Assembly: GCA_964187785.1 (NCBI GenBank)
Contig: OZ076409.1
Coordinates: 28,832,001 to 28,896,000, forward strand
Length of the DNA: 64,000 nucleotides
Origin: Amphiscolops sp. MND2022
Taxonomy: Eukaryota
Reading direction: 5' to 3'
Numbering within the stretch: position 1 is the first letter of the stretch; every line of letters starts with the position of its first letter. The notes under the pieces were generated by a model. That model was not told the origin of the DNA and ran no database searches. It was given only the letters and a program-made list of their open reading frames with translations. Of the stretch, positions 12,988-25,203 are shown piece after piece. The translations under genes and the position numbers were made by a program.

Positions 12988-14432
12988 CCAAATTTTCTAT
13001 ACAAATGTTCTATGTACTAAGATAATTTAGAATAATATTGTACTATAGTACTCAATTAGAATAGATATATTCTTCATCTCTGCAACTTCGCAACTCAATC
13101 AAGTTGGAATATCTTCACTGGAAGGTCCACAAAAAGTGAGTAAAGTTTCATTGCATTAAATTTACGCTCCCACAAGTGACATCATTTGCCGATATGAAAA
13201 AAAATAGAAAATTGGGAGATAAAAATGGAATCTAGATGGAAATGAGAAAAACTGAAAGAATCAACTAATACTTTTCTATTTAAAAAAAAAACGTGTGGGT
13301 TTCCTTCGCTTCAAGTAATGAAATGCTGCAGTTTTTACTGCACGCAATAATGAGTGCGCTCATCACTGCAAGCCATTACTTGAAGCGTAGGAAACCCACA
13401 TGTTTTTTGGTTTTCAAGAAAAACAACTATAGTTGACTTTGTTTTTCTCATTTCTTTCTAGATTCAATTTTTTCTCTCAGTTTTCACGTTAAAAGAGCGC
13501 ATACTCCGGGATCATTACCGTTTGATTAGTTTTTCTTTCAAGTAAGAAGGTGTAGTCATAGTTCATGTGCTAAATCAACTTTAATTGGGGGAAATTGTTC
13601 GCCAAACGTGAATATTCGCTCCTTAAGAGACATTTTTCATATTTAGAGGCGTTTCTGTTGTTTGAAAAGCTCAAACCCACCATCATCGGTTATATGGAAA
13701 CATGGCTACAGAAAGAATAACAGGCAAAACCTCTCAAACATCCTGGTTACCAAAGTCTCATTGCATTTAGTAGAAGTTGATTTGTTGATTTGTTAGAAGA
13801 CAAGAAACTCAGATGTGAAGTGTTAGTTATTGTAAAGATGTAGTGTTTCAAAGCACTACACGAGAATGGCTTGTCGTCGAAGTTGCGTCACCTAATATGC
13901 TCATCATAATGGTGTCTTGTTGCTGCGAAAAACGCTTTTCTAGAAAACCATAATCCGAGTAGCTTTTCGAAAAATTGACTCGCTTGAACAAAACAAACAA
14001 GCACATATTAATAATGAGTGGTTTCAACGCCGACCTCCTCTTTAAACATTGGCAATTTCAGGAACTCATAGCCACACTCAAGTCTCTCTACTAACATTTA
14101 AGTAGTTGGTTAGCTGTTACGCGAGAACAAAATGACTCAAAATGTTGCTTTGATCAAATCTAATTCAATTTTAAAATATCATCAGCTCGAGTGCATTAAA
14201 ACACTATCATCGATCGTTATTTGGTGTGAGTGATATTGTAGATACCATGGAAAAATGAGGTTTGACTCCAATATTTCGAAATTTCTATGGCTTTCAAAAA
14301 ATGATAATTGTTGAGTAAACCACTTGTCTTGCTGAACAATTTAAATAAGGCCGATTGAGAAGCATTGCCAATAGACGAATGTTCAGAGCAGCTGACTGCA
14401 TCGATCTTGAAAGACGACTTAATCATATGCAC
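12988..14432 (+). repeat. Copy 1 of a ~1.45-kb duplicated block (foldback MITE plus LINE endonuclease start)
   Basis: Near-identical to 27529-29162 apart from a few SNPs and the inverted insert in copy 2. Confidence 0.9.
13207..13485. mobile_element. Foldback MITE-like imperfect palindrome (also at about 27748-28024)
   Basis: TGTGGGTTTCCTTCGCTTCAAGTAATG … CATTACTTGAAGCGTAGGAAACCCACA plus looser outer arms. Confidence 0.6.
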
Positions 14433-17400
14433 GAGCTGGAGTTGTCTGGATTATTGCTGGAGACGAGTTACTGCTGTCAGTTTGCGGCTCGTGTATCCTC
14501 TGCTAATATCGCTGGTTTAGGCGATTTATTGGATGTCGTTCTCTCCCAGGAATTTGGTAAGTGCGCACTTCGTATATTGTTCTACTGTCAGTGGTATATC
14601 TAAGGCGTAAGGGAGAGTTTAGTCTTTCTTTCAAGTTTGCATTCTTTCAAGTTTAGTCCCGTAATGTTAGGGAGTGTCGGGCATAGCATTTTAAACAGGG
14701 CTTTCTCGTGTTTGTAGCTGAAGTCAACATGTCCGACGTGGTCAGTTATTTACGTCGCTTTCGTGCTTCGATAGCTGTTGGAACTGCTGAGGGTCCTGAG
14801 ACAGAGGCGGCGCCCATCCTTCGTCGACTGGATGCCTTTCTGACATCGCATCTTGGTAGGTGAATTCGCGGTTACTGTGAAGCTAGGTTATCTGCTGGGG
14901 GGGGATCTTTTGGTTCTTTTGCTGTTCAATACCAATGCATGCAGTTTATGGTTGCTGTTCTATAACCAGGTGACGATAGGTGCCTTCAGTCGTTGTGGGG
15001 CAATTCGTTCGAGCAGACGTCGTTGTGGGGCAATTCACGGACGTTTCGTCGTGTGGAACGGGAAATTCAGCAGTGGGTGAAGGCTGCAATTGAGTCTAGT
15101 TTGGGCCGGCTAGGGACACTGGGTGCTCTCGCTGTCGAGGATTTCCTGGGCAAGTTGAAGGAAGCGCTGCAAGAACTGGGTCAAGCTCCCGTCGTTCCCC
15201 GTGGTGGTGAGACTTCTTCTCTACCACGTTCTGTATCTGGGAGCATCTCTGGTGTGGACTATCGTCGTGCGGCAGTGGAGTCTGATGTGCCGTCTGAGTT
15301 TGGAGAAAAAAGCGTCGTTCCTTCTGGGGGGACTTCGTCTGCTGTTGCCTCCACATCAAAGCCTGGTAGGAACTCTCAAAAGATCGTGTGAGGGGTTTTA
15401 GTTTTAAGTGGTAAAAAAATGTATATAACGTACTACTAATGATTAAGGACAAACACTTTTTTTGAAGGTTTTTAAGGTTTTTTGGTTTTGCTTGGATAGT
15501 GGTGCTATGTGAGTTGTGTTGTGTGTTAGCAGGACGGAAGCGTGCTATCAAAACGCTGAAACCATCATTCTTCGTTTCTGGGGTCGTGGGGACCTTCGTT
15601 GGTTTCCCCTGAAACAAACGTGTGGTGGATGGGTTCGCAAGGTGTCGTCTGTGCCGTGTTGATTTAAGTATTGCCGGACGCGGGCTACACAACTTGTGGG
15701 AACATTGGAAGGGGCGAGAGCATACTCGTCTTGAGCAGCGCTTCCGCATCATGTCTAATAGGCCTCTATTGGACAAGTCCTGTAGGCCCATGTCATTGGA
15801 TGAAGACCGGAGAATTCGGGCAGCCAGAGTGTCGGAGCCACCTGTCATTCTGGAGTCAGAAGAGAAGCTGACTGTGGAAGAGCGGATTGCAGTCAAAATT
15901 GAAGAGGAGGCAGCTGGTTCGAAACCCGAGTTGTCGGAGTCCAGTGCTTCATACCTCTGGCTATGCTGCTTTATCAATAACTTTGTTGAACTGAAGGACC
16001 TTTCAAGCGTTGTGCGGTTCATGGAATTGTGGTCCAGTAGCATGCGGGGCGAGCTGGTTTTCACTGAGAGAGTGCTATCATACCCGAAATGTCAGGTAAT
16101 ACATGTTTGGTTCGTCTTTTTTTGTGTTCGTGAATTTTGGTTTTTGTCTGCTAGTTCGTGTATGTAGTTGCGTACTGTTTTCGTTGGCATTTGTATTATG
16201 AGCAGGGGATGCTGTACTTGTTGAGAAGTGTCACTGTTGTATGTTTGTTGTAGAGTCTTGTATTATACGGCCTGTATCCATTTGTCATGGAGAAGCTGAG
16301 CGATCTACTCTCTGCTGGGGCGCGGTTTGGTCTGCACGTCCGCACCGATGGGTCGTTGAAGCGAGTGGATTGCCACATTTTTGACGCTTTGACAGTCAAG
16401 ATGGTTGTGCTAGCTGCTATTCCTGGGGTTGGTGAGTGGGAACACTCACTACTCAAGATCGTTGTCTCTGTTCTGGCCTGTGTGGAGTCTCATGCGGGTG
16501 TGTGTGCTGTGAGTGTGGGGGAGAATCTGCGTCTTGGGCGTGCGTTAGCTAGCATCGCACACCCAACCATGCCTTTGGTTACTCGTCGTCTCGATGTGGA
16601 CTGGCTGAAGGATTTGCTGCGGCGCACGTTTCTGCAAGAATTGAGTGGACTGGAACCTTTCTGCGTGTTGGAGTATTTCCGGTTCCGCTTAGCTGCCGTC
16701 ATCGGTGGTTCGTCGTTTGACAATATGCCTAGGCTTCGTGAGGTAATTGATTTTAAGTTTGTTAGCGCATTTTTTTCGGGACTGGTGTGAGTATGTGTGG
16801 TAATGTGTGGTCGTAGTATGCTTTGTTCTAACTCGGTGCTGATTCTGTTTTAGTTCGTCCGTGGTGTTGCTGCGCGTTTCCAGGAGTTGTCGGCTCTGTG
16901 CACCGAACTTGTGGAGCGATGGGATGACCTCGGTGCCTACTTTGGTGTCCACCGGTCAAATACTGTGTCCGAAACGCGGAATATAGCCAGTATGGAAACT
17001 CAAGTCTTCAACGATGCTTTGTCGAGGCCGCGATTTGCAGTTTTGAAATTTCTGGCAGAGACAGGTCAGTATAAGAGTTTTGAGTGTTTCTTGTGTCCGG
17101 GTGTGTCTGTACTAGTTTTGTTGTATTTGTTGATTTGGGTGTTATCGACGTCTGAGTTGCTAGGGTGTGTAGTTTTTCGACATGTTGGTTGTGAATCGCC
17201 TGTGTGTTTTATTTGTTGCAAAGTGTCCTCGTTTGTGTTCTGCTGGGCGAGATCGGAACTTGTGGTTCGAGCGGGAGTTGGCTGTTTTCCTTCGAGAGTT
17301 ATTGTGTCTGGTTGTCGAACCCTCACCACCTGGTTGTCGTTACCACCTGATTTTGAAGTCCTCGCCGTGTTGAAGTTGCGACTGGGCGAGAGTAAGCCTG

Positions 17401-18505
17401 TTGACAAGGCCCGGTTTCAAGTGCTGTTCGGCCAGTATTTCCGCTTCGACGTGGTCAGCCAGAAGCCTTTCTTTTATAAAGAAGTGCAAAATTTCCTCAG
17501 GACTGTGTGCGAGGCTTGTATTGGCGATTATGACCAAGGGTGGGTTAAGCACCTAAGCTTGTTGCCGCTGGGTCCTTATGCTATTCAGTCGGTGTCAATG
17601 GACCGGCTGACGGACATCTTGTGGGTACGCTTTCTGTCCTCAGTTTTGGAGATCTATGCAGAGGGAGACCATGGTGCCATCATCTTACAGCAGTATCGCG
17701 AGGTAGTCAACTACTTCAAGCGTCGATGGGAGTTATTGAGGGAGTCGTTGGGAGTCCAATGCCAGTTATTGACGATGCCATGTCTTTGTGGTTGTCATAT
17801 CATTCGTGGGACCGGTGCCAAGAATTCCGGGGCATTGTGGAGATTCTTTTTGTGGGAATGCTCCATGATTCGTATGCTGCTGATTTTCAAGATGTAGGAG
17901 GCACGGCTCTCGATGACAGTATCATGCTGTCAAGTTTGAACATTATTCGAAGCTGGATGTCGAGTGGTTTTGGCGGGCACTCTCGTCGCTCGATGATTGG
18001 TTTCGTTAGACACTGTAGCACTACAGACATGCAGGTTTCGCGGTTAACCGATGAAGGCAGGGCTATTCCCTGTGACCAATTGGTTAAGAGGGGGATTGAC
18101 GAACTACTTGGGCGCTGTATCACTGTTCTGGAGTCGACTGGTGGTCTACTTTCTCGCCCTGCCATTGACGATTATATGTCTGCTGTTTGTAATCAGTTGC
18201 GGACAATGGAGTCGAGTCCAACTGCTCTCCGTCGGAGTCCTGTCAAATCAAGGCGTTTGCAGCTCAAGCGCCGAAATTACAATCTGAGGTCGTAATGTCA
18301 TCAGCAGGTCCGAGTGCGTCAGCTCCGAAGCGCAAAGCGGTCAGTAGGGCGTCAGGGGGCAATCACGGACAGAGGAAAGCCGGGCAAGAAGGGGAAGCTC
18401 ACTCTGGCTACCTTTGAAACTGAAACTGTACAAGCCAGCAGGCGGGCTTTTTCACTAGAAGAAAGCAGTAACGAGGGCGGTTCTAGCCGTTCTACAGAGT
18501 ATTAG
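14433..18505 (+). pseudogene. Spliced hAT-transposase-derived gene (~1080 aa, 5'-truncated); this copy has 2 in-frame stops and 1 frameshift
   Basis: Phase-consistent GT-AG exons at 14433-14556, 14718-14855, 14970-15365, 15530-16095, 16254-16742, 16854-17064 and 17173-18505. Motifs CRLC-x16-H-x5-H, PKCQSLVLYGLYPFVMEKL, ARFQELSALCTELVERWDDLGAYF and FYKEVQNFL. Stops at 15610 and 18293, frameshift near 17750. Confidence 0.7.
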
Positions 18506-20392
18506 TTGGCAGAAGGACTTGTATTAGTAATCAGACTTCTCGTATTTCTTCGTGTTTTCAACTTTTTGTGTATTTATTGAGTCCTGATATTGTGATTTGC
18601 TTTGTATGCTGAATTTTATTTTGGCCTGAGTAGGTCTTGCACTTTCTAGTAATTTAATTAGGTGGTTTCAACCATCATAGTACTCTTCTTTGTTTTTCCT
18701 TAGGACTGGACAGTTAGGACGTCACAAGAGGTTTTTCACTTGTTTTGCATGTGACAATTTTATTTTTTTTTGGCTCGTGGTGCTTATGATGACTGCATGT
18801 ATCCGTCATTCTTCTTCGTTGGTCTAATCTAGTCTAGGAATGATTTTTTATCGTAGTACATGAAACCTAAAGTTGCATGGCTCTTTTGCTTGCTTTTATT
18901 GTTGTTTGTATGCACGTTTTTGCATGATGCTGGACTGGCTTTGTCATTCTTAAGTGTGTGTATGGGGTAACCCATACTTCGCTATGATTTCGTGTGGACT
19001 TACGCTCTAATTGTTATGGCGTCTTCAGTGAATTTTTTGAGGAAGTTCATATTGGTTATGGTTGTCACTGCGGTAACCACCAACATAAAATTTTGTTCAC
19101 GCGCCAAGCTGTGCTGCGCATGGTACTCGAGAGCCAGGTTTTCATGTTCGTTGTTAGTGAAGGCTCGAGAATGGTAACGAGACATTTAGACCATGGCTTT
19201 CCAGTCCTTAGCTCCGCACTGCAAGGTACGTTACTGAGCAGCTTGTTCATTTCAATGACGGAATTCTCAAGGAGTGTATCCTTGATTTGATGCATGACTT
19301 ATTTGGTGTGCATGTAAGATGCATGTTATAAGTCTTAGGGACTATTTTGCATGTATTTTAGTGTGTTTCAATATATTACATGTAGCGTTCTGTGTACGCG
19401 ACGTCATCATCGTTGATGTGTGTCCTGGGACGTCATCATACGTGATGTGTTCGTCAAGATCGCGAGTTCTTACATTATGTTAACCTCGGTGGTAGGAAGT
19501 TGTTGGACGGAGAACTATGGGTGTGTGTGGATTTTAATACTAAGCAGAGATTGGGGCCGCGTACTCCTGAATCTTTTCCCAAGCGAGGCGAAGCCTTCGC
19601 ACATCTGGTTACTTTTAAGGGCCGGGCATTCATTGTTTTGTGGATTTGGTAAGTTCTTGTTCTTACCGGCGTTGTGTCATAGTTTATGGTTGGTTTTTTT
19701 TGATGTTCAGTTCATTGGAAAAGGTGAATTCCCGTCGGAACCACCTATGCAAAACTAACACTGAATCCAGTTGCTAAAGAGCAACCTTCATCTGTATGTT
19801 GACGACCAACCACACAAGCGCGCTTTTCGACGACGCACCCACACAGCCAGCACTATGAGTTTAAGTCGAAATGGGTGGGATATTGGTTGTGTTGTCCTAA
19901 CGTTTGCCAGGCAGCAGATCGTCACTGTTAGTTTGTTGCGTTTGTAGGGAACGTTGTTTTCGTTCACGTTTCGTTAGTTGTGTTTCGACAGTTTTCTAAG
20001 CGAAGTGCTTCGTTTCGATTGTTGATGTGGTAATTTTGGTGCGAATTGAATAAATTATCGTTCACACTTTTGCGCGCTACGTGTGCTTCCGGGCCGCGAG
20101 TGTTGGGATGATTGGCGTTTGCAGTCGTTGCGTTACCGTTTGTTTGTCTCTTACGTAGTGGTTGATGCTAAGTAATTAGACAACTCAAACAGTGTCGACG
20201 GAAGTGGATGGTCATTTAATCGTGTTAATTGGATTGTGTGCTAGGTTGTTCGGAATTTTCAATATTGTTTGTTGAGTACTGGCATATTGGGGCGTAATGG
20301 TAAAACAATTACTTTTACGGTCAAGAAGCGAGACTGTTTATGACTGCTGTTAGCAGTCGTTGGTTTGAGAAGTGCAATGAGGGAAGGGTGTT

Positions 20393-21992
20393 TTATAGGT
20401 TTCTGTTTTTCAGAAGTAACTGTTGAAGTGAAGGCGTTCCATGTAATTGGTGCATTAAGAAATCAGGGTACGTGGTAGGTTTTGGATTGTGTCTGAGCCC
20501 GTATCGAGACATGGTCTGTCGTGATGGCGCTGGAGGGCGGTCATTTGTTTGGTGTTCATTGTTGTTTGTGTCAGAATTGTTCATGCTAGCGTTATCCGGT
20601 TGTGGTTCTTGTGTTTCAGCTTGGCTTTCAGGTATGGAAATGTTTTGATCAGATTCTATGTTTTGCCGTTCGTAGTAGATCATTCCATGGTCTGCGTGTA
20701 ACTCTTCGAAGTTCGATTGTTCAGGTATTACTTGTTGTGGTTGTTCATGGACATTATCGGGTAGGTGATTGTCAAATAACTCCTGTTCGTTGAGGGCGTC
20801 GGGATCTTCGAAGTATTGTGATGCATTGTCTTGAATGTCTTCGATTGGTGCGTTTGGCGTGAATGGGCGAAGCCTCATTCTGTGAACGCAGTGGGTGCGA
20901 AGAGTGCCAATCTTACGTATGATGTAATTTGAATTTGACAAGACTTTGACCATTTTGTATGGGCCTTCCCACTTGAATTCCTTGAATGGATTTTTTTCAG
21001 ATTGCTGAGACAGTCTTTTGTTTAGCAGAAAGGTGAAATCATTTTCTTTCAGAGGTGAAGCTTGCGCTTTTCGGTCGTAGTAATTCTTGTATTTGTGAAA
21101 GGCTTCGATTATGTTGTCATGTGTTTGTTGGAATTTTTGTTCATGTTATCTAGTATTCCAGTGACGTCAGTAGTGTTACGTTGTTCAGCTAATGGATTGC
21201 CAAATTTGACGTCAAGGGCATTGAACGGAACACGTCCGTGGAAAATTTCAGTGGGTGTGCATCGAATAGCTTGGTGGTAGGTTGTGTTATGGGCCATTAC
21301 GGCCATGTTGACGTATTTGTGCCATTGTGGTGAATCAGCTGAGATGTTGATTTTGAGGATTTGTTTCAGTTTTTGATGGGAACGTTCAACCATCCCAATC
21401 GTTTGTGCGTAATTTACAGAGGCATGTTCGATTTTTATACTGGCAGACTCCATCAGGGAGTTGAGCAGTTGAGATGTGAATGTCGTTTCCTTATCAGTTA
21501 AGATTGTCTTGGGTACATACGAGTGTTGCGTAAAGATTTGCATGAGTGCATCCACGACCGACTTTGTGTCTGGTTTACGGATTGGTATTGCGAAGAGTTA
21601 CCTAGAAAAGTAGTCGCATGCAGTGAGTATGTGTGTGAATCCGTTGGAAGGTGGGAGTTCACCGACTAAGTCAATTTCTAGTATGTCTTCTGATCCGTTG
21701 CAGGGGTAGTATATTTGTTGAAGTGGTGGTGTGATTGCAGCTTTTCGGCTTGGTTTTGAGCGGATGCAGTCCTGGCAGTTCGAGACGTACTGCAGTACCA
21801 GTTCAGAGAGGTTTGGTGAGTAGTACCTTTTACGTAGTTCATGGAGCATTTTGTTACAACCAGGGTGACCTTGCAGAGGGTCATCGTGCAGGGATTGAAT
21901 GATTTTTCGAATGGTTTCAGGGGGAGTGACAATTTGTTTACACTTAATTTTACCTGTACCATCAAAAAAATCCTGTACAAAACGTTGTTCAC
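20393..21992 (-). pseudogene. Gypsy integrase, frameshifted
   Basis: GHPG…CQDC zinc-binding motif, EIDLVG, LTDKE, GMVER, TPTEIFHGR and a W-EGPYK-like C-terminal module. Confidence 0.9.
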
Positions 21993-22110
21993 TACTTCAA
22001 GTCTTTTCTTGTTTTTGACTAGTTTTTGGAAAACTGACTTTCAAAGTTCACATGATTAGGAAGGGTTTCCTTTTGGTTCAAAACTCTAATCATGCGTTGG
22101 ATGTCAAGGT

Positions 22111-22900
22111 TTACGAGTTGATCCTGGATGATTTGAAACTGGGGCATACCTGGTTTACCACGTTGTCATAAAGCTTTCGCCTGAATCGGGTGAACGTCAT
22201 CTCGTCGTGTTGCCCTGTGATTATGGGTGTGATTTGATGACGGATGGTTTCTATTCTCTCGAGAAATTGTCCACTCGATTCGTTGCTGCACATGGGGACC
22301 TGGTCCAGGATGGTGTTGATGGTTTCATTTTGTTTGGTGGTGGTAGTGTGTTGGTCATCAGGTATGTATTCTTCTTCTTCGTCCTGCTTGGGTGTTCTTG
22401 ATGCCAGGTCGATCTCGACGTGGAAGACTGGTATCTCGTCGTTGAGTTTGAGGTGGATTCTTTCCTCTGGTCGTATGTCAAGACGAGACAGGTAGTCTGC
22501 AGCAGGGTTCTCAGTTCCCGGAACATGGGCAAGTACGAATTCGAATTGAGCGTCTGATCGCAGTAATTCCATAGCTTCGGGGGAATCCGTTTAGACTGAA
22601 AGAATCGGGTCAGTGCTTTATTGTCCGTCATTACTATTGTTGGTTTTTTGACCCCCAGAGTATGTGTGCGAATTCGTCGAATGCGAAATGCATCGCCAGG
22701 AATTCCTTTGCGTACATTGTTAGGGACATTTGGCCCTCCGTGAATCGTTGGGATCCAAATGATACTGGAGCGTACGTCTTCAGTGGTCCATCGTTTGTTT
22801 CGGTATAGTCTTCTATCAGGAGGACATATCCTGCCGCATGCTCGCTGGCGTCGCACATTATAACAAGCTGTTTATCGGGTAACGGCAGACGCAGCGAAAG
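22111..22900 (-). pseudogene. Gypsy RNase H and linker, frameshifted
   Basis: CDASEHAAGYVL, YAKEFLAM, MTDNKAL and NPAADYLSR. Confidence 0.9.
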
Positions 22901-22909
22901 CTTCGCAGC

Positions 22910-24043
22910 TTAGGCAAGATTTTCCTTAATCTCGAAGATGATGTCCTTTCGTTGCTGGGTCAACTGGAATTTGACGTCTTTTTGGAGTAGTTTGTTCAGT
23001 GGGGTGAGTTTTTCTGCTATGCGTGGTATGTACTGCCTGTAGAACTGGACAAACCCGATGTACCTTTGGAGGGATTTGATCGATGTGGGCAATTTGATCT
23101 TCTTGAGGAAGTCGTCGATTTTGTCTTCAAGTGGGGCGACACCCTTTGATGTGATGCTTCTCCCGAGGAAATCAATTTGTGGGTGGCCAAACGCACATTT
23201 TGGCATCGACAATTTCAGTCCTGCTTTTTGGATTTGTTGAAACACGGCTTCAATGTTTGACAGTAGCTCATCTACAGTGTGGGCAGCAATTCCAATGTCG
23301 TCGACATATTGGGCACATTTATCCGCTTTCACCAGTGCATCAACGTATTCTCGCACCGTGCTGTTGAATGCTGATAGGGATCGGTTGAGTCCTTGTGCCA
23401 GTCGTAGATAAGCAAAAGTTCGACTTCCAAAATTGAATGCCAAGAGTTGTATGGATTGTTCATCCGCCATCTGCAAACAGTGGTACGCCTTCGAACAATC
23501 TACCTTGCAGAAGTACTTCTTCCCTGCCATGTGCTGGGCGGCGTCGGCGATGGTGGTGACTGGATGATTATGTTGGTTGTAATCATTTTTCAAGAGGTGA
23601 TTGATTCTGGGCAGGTCTACAAGGATGCGAAGTTTCCCATTGGGTTTGCGCTGAGCAAATATTGGTGAGGAATACTTGCTGTACGGCAACGTCGTGATGA
23701 TCCCGTACTCTTGCATCAGTGCTAGTTCGACGAGCAGGTCATCTTTGAGGTTGGTGGGTGTAGGTAAGCTCTGCGCGTAGACTGGTTCATCATGCTTCGG
23801 AGTGAGTTTGATTTTGAAGTCAGTATTGATGCCTATGTCGAGGCGGTGTCTGGCGAATACATTGTTGTACTTCACAAGGAGGTTCTCAATCCGTTGTCGT
23901 TCGTGCTCATTCAGGATTGAGTTTTCCCATTTGAAGTTGGCAAGGAACTCCTTGCGCTGTTGGTCGTCTGCTGTTGGGTCCAGTTTCTCTTCTTCACGGA
24001 GTTTAGTGATTTCGTCATATATCCGCCTTTCAATGCGGTTCAC
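22910..24043 (-). CDS. Gypsy reverse transcriptase
   Basis: YSSPIF…KPNGKLRILVD, QGL, YVDD and LQRYIGFVQFYR. Confidence 0.95.
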   Translation of the reverse strand: MNRIERRIYDEITKLREEEKLDPTADDQQRKEFLANFKWENSILNEHERQRIENLLVKYNNVFARHRLDIGINTDFKIKLTPKHDEPVYAQSLPTPTNLKDDLLVELALMQEYGIITTLPYSKYSSPIFAQRKPNGKLRILVDLPRINHLLKNDYNQHNHPVTTIADAAQHMAGKKYFCKVDCSKAYHCLQMADEQSIQLLAFNFGSRTFAYLRLAQGLNRSLSAFNSTVREYVDALVKADKCAQYVDDIGIAAHTVDELLSNIEAVFQQIQKAGLKLSMPKCAFGHPQIDFLGRSITSKGVAPLEDKIDDFLKKIKLPTSIKSLQRYIGFVQFYRQYIPRIAEKLTPLNKLLQKDVKFQLTQQRKDIIFEIKENLA

Positions 24044-24106
24044 CTTGGACGGGTCATCACATGTCTCCGGAGTTGGGTACCATCTGCGTTTGGTTTCAGT
24101 GCCGGG

Positions 24107-25072
24107 TTACTGGAACAGCTGGTTCAGTACGTTGTTGGCTTCGTCCGGGTATTTGGTTATTAGTGTCAATTGTTCGTTTGACATCGGTTGTAGGTTTTTT
24201 GCTTGGTTGGGAGTCCTTATCTTGAAGGTGGCCACTGTCGTGTTCGGGTTGAGGGTAATTGTATGGCAGGTGAGGTTGGTGATCTGGACATGGCTTTTCT
24301 TCTCAGTGATTTGCGTTAGGGCGGAGGACACCAGTAATTGTGTCTTCCTTTCAAAGGCAGGAAAGATTTCCACTGTGCCCTGGATTGTCCCGAGGTCCCT
24401 TTCTGCTAGGACGGTGACAATGATTTGGTGGTCCGGTTGTATGACCGTTTTCTGTGTCGTTCGTAGTTCGATCATCTGGATTTTGTATCGTCCTCTTTCT
24501 GGTTTTAGTTGCAGGGTAATGTCCGGGAACTTGACTACGTTGTTGGCAAAGTCAAGTGTCACTGAATACTTTTTGAAGAATGACAATCCGATCAAGATGT
24601 TACCCATGGTTGGAAGAATCATGAAGGTTTCCTCGAATACTTTACCTCCGATGACGAAGCGAAGTAGTACCTGTTTCCGGACCGGGACGATGCTTCCGTT
24701 TGCGATTTGGACTTTGAAGTCCGGTGCTGGGTACTCTTCGAGAAGTGCGGCTGGGTGTGCAGACAGGATTCGTCTGAGTTCGTCCTCTGACATGGCACTT
24801 CTTATTGCTCCTGTGTCGAGGAGTCCGTGGTTCTCGTATTCTCGGAATTGCAATGGGACGTACAACATCTTGTCCTTTTTGTTTAATTGGAGTGTTGCTG
24901 TTAACACCTGGATCGCCACGTCTTTCTTTCGGTTCATTGTTTTCCTTGTACAGTCAGTCGCTGTAGTCGAGTTAGAGTGCTGTTTGTCTTCTGTCGTTTG
25001 TAAGTTCACATCCGTTGGTTCGGAGGGAGGGTTCGCTTTGTTTTTGGATGTTTCGTGGGTAGTTGTAGTCAT
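24107..25072 (-). CDS. Gypsy aspartic protease and spacer domain
   Basis: LLDTGA catalytic motif, IANG flap and ILIGLSFF. Confidence 0.9.
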   Translation of the reverse strand: MTTTTHETSKNKANPPSEPTDVNLQTTEDKQHSNSTTATDCTRKTMNRKKDVAIQVLTATLQLNKKDKMLYVPLQFREYENHGLLDTGAIRSAMSEDELRRILSAHPAALLEEYPAPDFKVQIANGSIVPVRKQVLLRFVIGGKVFEETFMILPTMGNILIGLSFFKKYSVTLDFANNVVKFPDITLQLKPERGRYKIQMIELRTTQKTVIQPDHQIIVTVLAERDLGTIQGTVEIFPAFERKTQLLVSSALTQITEKKSHVQITNLTCHTITLNPNTTVATFKIRTPNQAKNLQPMSNEQLTLITKYPDEANNVLNQLFQ

Positions 25073-25196
25073 AGGTTTCTGATCCTGCCGAAGATCAGTT
25101 GCCCGGTTTTTGTAGTTCTTTGTATAGTAGTAGTCGAGTCGTTCATGTTGCGCACTTTGTTATTGCGATAGTCAGTCGGATGACGTGGCTTTAGAA

Positions 25197-25203
25197 GTTT
25201 TTT
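25197..25203 (-). promoter_or_regulatory. Candidate -1 ribosomal frameshift slippery site A_AAA_AAC
   Basis: Minus strand reads CTA AAA AAC TTC TAA at the very end of gag. Confidence 0.6.

Noticed and set aside
12988..14432. Duplicated block as the LTR pair of the big Gypsy
   Set aside because: It lacks TG…CA ends and a PPT, contains LINE endonuclease sequence, and the real LTR end and PBS map to 26405 and 26391.
15096..16064. 322-aa minus-strand ORF as env or an extra ORF
   Set aside because: Ser/Arg-rich shadow of the hAT-like exons, with no signal peptide, transmembrane segment or known motif.
23802..25082. 426-aa plus-strand ORF
   Set aside because: Antisense shadow of protease and RT with no recognisable motifs.
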